This document shows positions 18,022-24,702 of a DNA stretch of 51,273 nucleotides, in pieces. The DNA comes from Planctomycetota bacterium (GTDB taxonomy: Bacteria; Planctomycetota; UBA1135), in assembly GCA_036396955.1 (NCBI GenBank), contig DASWJW010000075.1:1-51273 (forward strand), read 5' to 3'. Under the pieces are notes generated by a model. The model had not been told where the DNA came from. It did no database searches and worked only from the letters and a program-made list of their open reading frames with translations. Within the stretch, counting starts at the first letter, position 1, and each line of letters opens with the position of its first letter. The position numbers were made by a program, and so were the translations under genes.

Positions 18022-18029
18022 GCGCGTTC

Positions 18030-19232
18030 ATGTACACGGTCACCAAGGATCTGGTTCTGCCCGCCACCGTCACCGGTTCGTGGCCGCGCCCGCGCTGGTT
18101 CGACAAGAGCTTGTGTGGCAAGGGGCTCGACACGGCGATGCTCGACGTACAGCACCGCGAGCAATACACCGACGCGGTCGCCACGGTGTTGAGCGACCAG
18201 GAACGCGCCGGGCTCGACATCCTCACCCACGGCGACCTGCACTGCGACGACGACCTGGCCGGCCGCTCCTGGCACCACTATCCGCTGCAGCGCTGGAAAG
18301 GCTTCGCCGGCGACCACCTGCAGTCCGAAGCAACGCGCTCGCCTTGGCTGCGCTATCCGCCCGGCACGCTGCTCAACGAGATCTACACCGGCTGGCGCTG
18401 GCCGCAGGTGGTCGGCAAGATCGAGCACCGGCCGCTCGACTTCCCCAAGATCTGGCGGATCGCGCAGGCCAAGGCGCACAAGCCGGTGCGCTTCGGCACG
18501 TGCTGCACGCAGGTCATGGGCTTGTTCCTCGACTTGCACACCGACCAGTACACGGACACCCGCCAGGTGATCTGGGACATGGCCGAAGCCATGAACAAGG
18601 AGCTGCGCGCGCTGCGCGACGCCGGCTGCAAGGTGATCCAGATCGAGGAGCCGACGCTCCACTTCTGGGCCAACACTTACGGCGCCGACAGCGAAGAAGT
18701 GAAATTCATGGTCGAGGCCTACAACCGCGAAGTCGAAGGCCTGGAAGACGTGGAGATCTGGATCCACACCTGCTGGGGCAACCCCAACATGCAGCGCGTG
18801 ATCGACAACGACAGCTATGCGGCGTCCTTCGAGCTGTACATGCACGCGCTGCGCGGCGACGTGTGGACCGTGGAGATGACCGACCGCAGCTTCCGCGAGA
18901 TCGAACTCTTCGGCGCGCTGAAAGGCCGGCTGCCCAAGAAGGTCTGCGTGGGCGCGGTCAGCCACCGCAACTTGCAGGCCGACCGCGCCGAAGACGTGGC
19001 AGCTCGCATCCGCACCGCGCTCGAGCACGTCGACGCCGAGCAGCTCATCGTCTCCAGCGACTGCGGTTTCGGCCGCCAGGGCTGCAATCGCGAAATCGCG
19101 TTCTACAAGGCGACCGCCATCGCCCAGGGCTGCAACCTGGTGCGGCAGGAACTCGGCCTGGAAATGCGCTACGTGCCCGCAGCCGATCCGGCGCTGCAGA
19201 CCGACATCGTGCCCAAGACCGCCGGCGGCTGA
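18030..19232 (+). CDS. MetE-like (cobalamin-independent methionine synthase C-terminal domain family) protein
   Basis: 400-aa ORF starting MYTVTKDLVLPATVTGSWPRP. The Zn-ligand-like motifs IWIHTCWGN (HxC) and IVSSDCGFG are present. It begins 8 nt after the oxidoreductase stop. Confidence 0.8.
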   Translation: MYTVTKDLVLPATVTGSWPRPRWFDKSLCGKGLDTAMLDVQHREQYTDAVATVLSDQERAGLDILTHGDLHCDDDLAGRSWHHYPLQRWKGFAGDHLQSEATRSPWLRYPPGTLLNEIYTGWRWPQVVGKIEHRPLDFPKIWRIAQAKAHKPVRFGTCCTQVMGLFLDLHTDQYTDTRQVIWDMAEAMNKELRALRDAGCKVIQIEEPTLHFWANTYGADSEEVKFMVEAYNREVEGLEDVEIWIHTCWGNPNMQRVIDNDSYAASFELYMHALRGDVWTVEMTDRSFREIELFGALKGRLPKKVCVGAVSHRNLQADRAEDVAARIRTALEHVDAEQLIVSSDCGFGRQGCNREIAFYKATAIAQGCNLVRQELGLEMRYVPAADPALQTDIVPKTAGG

Positions 19233-19247
19233 CGCGTCGGCGTCAGC
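19228..19247. terminator. bidirectional hairpin spanning both stop codons of convergent genes
   Basis: GCTGACGC-gtcg-GCGTCAGC is a perfect 8-bp stem. It includes the TGA of the plus-strand gene (19230-19232) and the TGA of the minus-strand gene (19243-19245). There is no U-tract. Confidence 0.35.
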
Positions 19248-21306
19248 GCACCAGCCAGACCGGACTGCCGATGGCGCGCTCCTCTGGCAGGATTTCGCCG
19301 TCGTCGAAAGCGTAGCCCTGCACGCGCACGCGCACGTAGTACGCGACCCAGGGCTCGGCGGGCGGCGCGGCGTCGACCCAGTGGAAATCGACGTGGCGGC
19401 GATCGCTCGTGTAGCCGGTGTAGACCGGCACCAGGCTGCTGCCGCCGGGGATCACGCGCCGCACTTCGATCGAAAGGATGGGCGTGCTCGCCGCGACCTG
19501 GCCCTTCAAGGTCACCGGACCGCCGTCCCAGGCGATCTCCTTCCCCATCGCCGCTCCGTTCACCGTGTACCAGAGCACGGTCTGCGGACCGCTGCTCGCG
19601 TAGCAAGCGCGGTCTTGTAGCGCTCCGATCACGGCGTCCCGGCTCGGGTCGCCGACGAGCAGCGCGGTCATGCTGCCGCGCCGCCACAGCCAGCGGAGCG
19701 CCGTATCGCGGCGGGGACGCACGACCGGATAGTCCGCGGAACGCGAGAACACGCCCGCTGCGGGCCGCACGTACAAGGTGCCGTACTGCACGTGGCTGTC
19801 GCTGCCGCCGATGGCGCCGGCACGCGCGCCTTTCTGCAGGCCGTCGAGCCAGCCCAGGCCGGCGAACGGTCCGCGACCGCCGATCCCTTCCGGGTGCCGC
19901 CAGGCGCCGCCGTCGTCCTCTTCGTAATTTCCCTTGCGAGAGAGGACTTCCGCCACCGGCGCCAGGTCCGCCAGCAGCGCCGGGTCGGCGCCGTCGGCGT
20001 CATCCCAGTAGTAGTGCCGCAAGTGGTGTGGAATGGCCACCACGCGCCCGGGACGCGTGGCGAGGTCGGGCAGCAGTTCCCCCAGCGAATCCCACGCGGC
20101 TTCCGCCGACGAGCGGACCGGCAGCAGGCTGGCCGAATCGGCGGCGAGCACGCAGCGGTGCCCCTTCACTCCCGGATCATTGGGAAATTCGAAGACGCGG
20201 GTCCACTCCCATCCCGGCAGCACGAGCAGCGGGCGGAGCGGCGCCGGCCGGTCGATCTCCATGATCGAGTCGCGCCAGAAACGATCGGTGCCGGGCATCG
20301 AAACCAGGCGGTCATGGTCGGTCGCGGCAAGCACGTCGACCACGCCCCAGGCGGCCGCGCGCCAGACCAGGGCGCGCAGCGCGCCGCCGCCCTCGGAGGA
20401 CCTCCGGCTGTGATTCTGCAAGTCCCCCCACAGCAGCTGCCGGTCGCCGAGCACGCTTGCTTCGAGCAGCAGGAGCGGATTGGAGCGTCCGGCCTCCAGA
20501 CCGGCCGACTCGGCAACGAGTTCGAACGCGCCGGTCCGCTGGGGCAGGCGGATCGGAACCTGCGCGTAGCCGTTCGCCAAGGCCCCGCGCGGCATGGCCA
20601 CGAGCGATCCGCCCGGTTCGCGCAGCCGCACGGCGTCGACCCAGCCGGGAGCCGGATTGTCGCGGGAGTCGAGCACCGCGACCCGGGCGACTACCGTCGT
20701 GCCGACGGCCGCGAGCGAGGGCAGCGTGACCAGGAGGCGCCGCGGCGGCCCCGGATGCACCACGCCGCCCATGGTGGGAAATTGTTCGAAGTCGTCGCCG
20801 GCGGCGGTCTGGCGGAAGATCCAGAACAATTGTGGGTTCGCGGCCTGCGGCGTGTACAGCGGCGGCGACCCGGCCTGCGCCGTGATCCGCACGTCGAGCT
20901 TGGTGTGGGCCGGCCAGTCCGTCTGCGCCGAAATCCGGAGCTGGCGCGGGCCGAGGGTGATCAGCAGTCCGGACAGCGGTGGATCGGACGTCGCCGAGTA
21001 GTCGGTGTCGGCCAGGGAGAATCCGCCGGCGTCGGTCAAGCGGATCACCACGGCGCGGTCCGCCGCCATTCCTTGGTCGCCGATGTCGATCTGAAGGCGG
21101 ATCGGCCCGACGTCGGAATCGGCCGGCATGAGCGCCGGGGTGATGCGGACCTGCGAACCCGGCGCCACCGGATCGACCGAGAGCACTCCCGGGCGCTCCC
21201 ATTCGAGCCCGGGGAAGAAACGCTCCACCGCAGCCTGCTGGGCCGCCAGGCTGCTGCCGCAGACTAGCGCCAGTGCAAGGACGGGCGGGCCGAGAAGACG
21301 CTGCAT
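19243..21306 (-). CDS. secreted DUF3604/PHP-superfamily-like metallohydrolase
   Basis: 687-aa ORF with signal peptide MQRLLGPPVLALALVCGSSLAAQ. The C-terminal half carries LWGDLQNHS, LAATDHD, GWEWT, IPHHLRH and GGSDSHV, the PHP/DUF3604-type motif order. Confidence 0.7.
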   Translation of the reverse strand: MQRLLGPPVLALALVCGSSLAAQQAAVERFFPGLEWERPGVLSVDPVAPGSQVRITPALMPADSDVGPIRLQIDIGDQGMAADRAVVIRLTDAGGFSLADTDYSATSDPPLSGLLITLGPRQLRISAQTDWPAHTKLDVRITAQAGSPPLYTPQAANPQLFWIFRQTAAGDDFEQFPTMGGVVHPGPPRRLLVTLPSLAAVGTTVVARVAVLDSRDNPAPGWVDAVRLREPGGSLVAMPRGALANGYAQVPIRLPQRTGAFELVAESAGLEAGRSNPLLLLEASVLGDRQLLWGDLQNHSRRSSEGGGALRALVWRAAAWGVVDVLAATDHDRLVSMPGTDRFWRDSIMEIDRPAPLRPLLVLPGWEWTRVFEFPNDPGVKGHRCVLAADSASLLPVRSSAEAAWDSLGELLPDLATRPGRVVAIPHHLRHYYWDDADGADPALLADLAPVAEVLSRKGNYEEDDGGAWRHPEGIGGRGPFAGLGWLDGLQKGARAGAIGGSDSHVQYGTLYVRPAAGVFSRSADYPVVRPRRDTALRWLWRRGSMTALLVGDPSRDAVIGALQDRACYASSGPQTVLWYTVNGAAMGKEIAWDGGPVTLKGQVAASTPILSIEVRRVIPGGSSLVPVYTGYTSDRRHVDFHWVDAAPPAEPWVAYYVRVRVQGYAFDDGEILPEERAIGSPVWLVR

Positions 21307-21418
21307 GGACGTGGATGCCGAGGCGAGCAGACCCGCCGGTTCGGGGGCTGGATCGATCCTATACCGGATCGCAAGGCCGCGATACGGGCGCGAGCGCGAG
21401 CCCCGCTAGCATGCCGCC

Positions 21419-22864
21419 ATGACGCCCTTCCGAGGCACTTTCCTGCTGGCGAGCCTGCTCGCGGCTTGCGGCGGCGAGGCTTCCATCGAGGACCGGCCGC
21501 CGAACGTACTGCTGATCGTGGCCGACGACCAGGGCTTCGCGGACCTCGGAGCGGCGGGGCTCGCCGCCGACGTCGCCACCCCCGCCCTCGACGCGCTCGC
21601 CGCCCGCGGCGTGCGCTTCACCCAGGCCTACGCGAGCTCCCCGATCTGCAATCCCTCGCGCGCGGGGCTCATGACGGGAGTGCACCAGCAGCGCTTCGGA
21701 TGTTTCTGGTACGGCGGCGAAGGGCTCCGCGACGCGCGCTTCCCCACCATCGCCGAAACCCTGCGCGAGCACGGCTACGTCACCGGCTACGTCGGCAAGT
21801 TCCACTACGGCAGCGAAGACCTGCCCGGCAAGCGCAGCTTTCCGCTCGAGCACGGCTTCGACTCGCTGTACGGCTTCGCGGGCGGCCGCAAGCACTACCT
21901 GGTCCACTCCGCCGCCGCCGAAGACGCTTGGCAGGCGGTCCGCCAAGCGCACGCGCGACGCGGCCAGAGCTTGCAGCAGGGTCCGTTCTGGGTCGACGAC
22001 CGCCAGGAAGACCAGCCAGGATTCAGCACCGAGCTGCTCGGCGCACGCGCCCGGGAGTTCCTGGCGGCGAACGCCGACGAGGCCTTCTTCCTGACGCTCG
22101 CATTCAACGCGGTGCACAACTTCACGCACCAGCTGCCCCAGGAGTACCTCGACGAACACGGCCTGGCGGGCTACCGCGACTGGGATCCGGCCACCGAGGA
22201 GTACTACGACTGGTATCGCGCCGGGCGCAAGCCCAACAACCCCGAAGGCCGCGCGCAATACCTTGGCCAGCTGCACTACCTGGACCGAGAAGTCGGGCGC
22301 GTGCTCGCCGCGCTCGACGAACTCGGCCTCGCCGAACGCACGCTGGTGATCTACGTGGGCGACAACGGTGGCTCGACGCCGATCTACGCCGACAACGGCC
22401 CGCTGCGCGGCGGCAAGTACACGCTCTACGAAGGCGGGATCCGGGTGCCGCTGATCGTGGCGTGGCCGGGCCGCATCCAGGCCGGGACGGTGCGCGACGA
22501 AATGGTCAGCGCGCTCGATCTGTATCCGACCATTTGCACCGCAGCGGGCGCGACGGCCCCGCAGCATCTGGAAGGCTTCGACTTGCGGCCGCTGCTGCGC
22601 GGCGGCGACGAAGCCTGGCCGGCCCGCACGCTGTTCTGGGACACCGGCAAGGAGACCGCCGTGCGGTCGGGAAATTGGAAACTCCGCACCGCTATGGACA
22701 AGAGCCACGCGGACTACGAGATGGTCGAGCTCGAACTCGGCACCTTCCTCTACGACCTGCAGGCCGATCCCGGCGAGAGCACCGACCTGTCGGCAGCGGA
22801 GCCCGAGCGGCTCGCGGAGCTGCTCGCCACTCAGCGAGCCTGGAAGGCCTCGGTGGGCGAATAG
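21419..22864 (+). CDS. sulfatase (formylglycine-dependent), canonical CxPxR, lipoprotein-type signal
   Basis: MTPFRGTFLLASLLAACGG; NVLLIVADDQGFADLG; SSPICNPSRAGLMTG; GKFH; GDNGG; KYTLYEGGIRVPLIV. Confidence 0.9.
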   Translation: MTPFRGTFLLASLLAACGGEASIEDRPPNVLLIVADDQGFADLGAAGLAADVATPALDALAARGVRFTQAYASSPICNPSRAGLMTGVHQQRFGCFWYGGEGLRDARFPTIAETLREHGYVTGYVGKFHYGSEDLPGKRSFPLEHGFDSLYGFAGGRKHYLVHSAAAEDAWQAVRQAHARRGQSLQQGPFWVDDRQEDQPGFSTELLGARAREFLAANADEAFFLTLAFNAVHNFTHQLPQEYLDEHGLAGYRDWDPATEEYYDWYRAGRKPNNPEGRAQYLGQLHYLDREVGRVLAALDELGLAERTLVIYVGDNGGSTPIYADNGPLRGGKYTLYEGGIRVPLIVAWPGRIQAGTVRDEMVSALDLYPTICTAAGATAPQHLEGFDLRPLLRGGDEAWPARTLFWDTGKETAVRSGNWKLRTAMDKSHADYEMVELELGTFLYDLQADPGESTDLSAAEPERLAELLATQRAWKASVGE

Positions 22865-23001
22865 GGGCTTCCTTGCGGGAATTTCCGCGCGCCTCGGCCC
22901 CATTTGCCACTTCCTTGGGTTAGCCTCGAAACTCCCCGTTATCGAAGCTCCACCCCGGCCTCCGCCCCACGCCAATCCAACCCCGACGCGCTATTCCTTC
23001 C

Positions 23002-23412
23002 ATGCGCATCCTCCTTCCGCTCCTTCTCGTCACGGCCTTCGCCACGGCGGAACCCGCGCAAGACATCATCGCGCTCAACTACGCCGGCGACGTCTACAGC
23101 ATCGATCCCGCCAGCGGCGCCGACAGGTTCATCGGCGCTTCGGGCGAGGTGAACCTCAACTCGATGGCGCGCAATGGCACCGGCACGCTCTAGACCTTCG
23201 GGTCCGGTTCTCTCTACACCATCGACCCGGCGACCGGTGGCACGGTCCTCGGGCTCTCCGGCGCCGGTCTGACGCTGCGGGCCGTGGTGGCAGCCGATGC
23301 GAACGGCCACATCACCTTCAACGCGAACGTGCCCGCCGCGGCTTGCGGCCGGGTCTTCCTGCAAGCGATCGACTTGAGTTCCTGCGACACCAGCAACGTG
23401 GTCGGCCTGTAA
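23002..23412 (+). pseudogene. small secreted repeat protein interrupted by an in-frame TAG (23191-23193)
   Basis: The signal peptide is MRILLPLLLVTAFATAEP. The text reads ...DVYSIDPASGADRFIG...NGTGTL-TAG-TFGSGSLYTIDPATGGTVLG...CGRVFLQAIDLSSCDTSNVVGL-TAA. The Y-[ST]-IDP-A-[ST]-G motif recurs on both sides of the TAG in the same frame. Confidence 0.45.
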
Positions 23413-23637
23413 GGTCCGTCCCGCGCGGCCGACTGCCGCATCGTTGCGCCTCACCGTCTTCCGGGATGGTGGGGCGCTCTCAATTCCCCTGCTCGCGCCG
23501 TCGCAGCCGCCCGGTGACATGCCACCTGCAACCGATTTCGGCGCCGCGCGGCCCGGCGAAGCTGCGCTTGCACTCGTAGACGGGACCGTCGCCCGCCCTG
23601 GAAGCGGGCGCAAGAACAACAAGACAAGGAGTACAAG

Positions 23638-23916
23638 ATGAAGTGGAATCGACTCGCAATCGCGCTCCTCGCGCTGCCGGCCGTGCTGCTGTTCGCCGCG
23701 CCCGCACAGGCGCACGACGGACCCCGCCTCGGAGTGCGCGTGGCCGCGCCGCGGATCACGCTGGAATTCGGCGCGCGCCCCGGATACCACCACGTGCACC
23801 GGCCGGGCTGCGGCTGCTTCCGGCCCGCCTACCACTGGCACCGCGACCCGTGCGGCCGCGCGTACCGCCACTACGACAACCGCTGCCGGCTGGGCGGATA
23901 CGGCCGTCCCTGGTAG
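23638..23916 (+). CDS. small secreted His/Cys/Arg-rich protein
   Basis: A strong SD (AAGGAG) lies 6 nt before the ATG. The signal peptide is MKWNRLAIALLALPAVLLFAAPAQA. The mature part contains 4 Cys and about 8 His (GYHHVHRPGCGCFRPAYHWHRDPCGRAYRHYDNRC). Confidence 0.6.
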   Translation: MKWNRLAIALLALPAVLLFAAPAQAHDGPRLGVRVAAPRITLEFGARPGYHHVHRPGCGCFRPAYHWHRDPCGRAYRHYDNRCRLGGYGRPW

Positions 23917-23940
23917 AAACGTCGCCGCGACAAGGATCGC

Positions 23941-24702
23941 TCAGGCCGCCGCGGGCTTCAGGCGCGCGGCGGCCAGTTCCGCGTACAGCGGCGCCGCCCA
24001 GTCGAGCAGCGGCTCCAGTTCCTCGGGCAGCGGCACGGCCTTCTCGGCGCGGGCTTCGAAGCCGCTCGACTTCTCGACGTTCGCATACCAGTGGGGCGCC
24101 CACACGCCGAAACTCGGGTGCCGACCCGGTTCCCACGCGAGCATGGCCGGATCGAACTCCAGGCCGATCCGCTCACAGAGTGCGCGCAGCATTCCGGCGG
24201 GCTCCTGCAGCACTTCGCGGCTGTCGATCACCAGCGGGTCCTCGCCGCGGGTCGCCTGGAGATGGCGGAACATGGCCACTTGCTGGCCGAGCGCGGTGTC
24301 GAAGCGTTCGAGCGGCCCCAGCGCGCGGTGCAGGGACGCCAGCATCGCCCGCGGCTCGCGCACCAGGAAAGCGTGCACCACGCCCGGGGCGTCCAGGTAT
24401 GCGCAAGCTTGCGCGCCGGTCCTCGGATCGAAGCCCCCCACCAAGTGGTGGGCCATGTGCTTGACGAACTGCAGCGGCGCCGCGGTGGGACCTAGCAGCA
24501 CGTCCTGGAGGAGTTCGCGCGGGTCCTGCGACTGGCTCGCCAGGATCTCCGCCTGCATCGGATGCTGCTTGCCCGTGACCGCCAGGTAGTGCGCGTACAA
24601 GGGCTCGTCGATCCCTTCGCAGTCGGCGCGCTGCACGAAGGAGCGCAGCAGAGCGGTCGACACGGTGCGCGGCGCGCACCACATGGCGAGACGGAGGGTC
24701 AC
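23941..24702 (-). CDS. sulfotransferase-family protein
   Basis: 253 aa. MWCAPRTVSTALLRSF resembles the PAPS 5-prime-phosphosulfate-binding loop (PRxGST-like). The GTG start at 24702 overlaps the topB TGA (GTGA). The alternative start is ATG at 24684. Confidence 0.65.
   Translation of the reverse strand: MTLRLAMWCAPRTVSTALLRSFVQRADCEGIDEPLYAHYLAVTGKQHPMQAEILASQSQDPRELLQDVLLGPTAAPLQFVKHMAHHLVGGFDPRTGAQACAYLDAPGVVHAFLVREPRAMLASLHRALGPLERFDTALGQQVAMFRHLQATRGEDPLVIDSREVLQEPAGMLRALCERIGLEFDPAMLAWEPGRHPSFGVWAPHWYANVEKSSGFEARAEKAVPLPEELEPLLDWAAPLYAELAAARLKPAAA

Noticed and set aside
18022-18029. Expected a cobalamin or SAM riboswitch upstream of the MetE-like gene.
   Set aside because: Only 8 nt separate it from the preceding oxidoreductase gene, which leaves no room for a leader. 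The 69-nt region upstream of the oxidoreductase shows no riboswitch core motifs.
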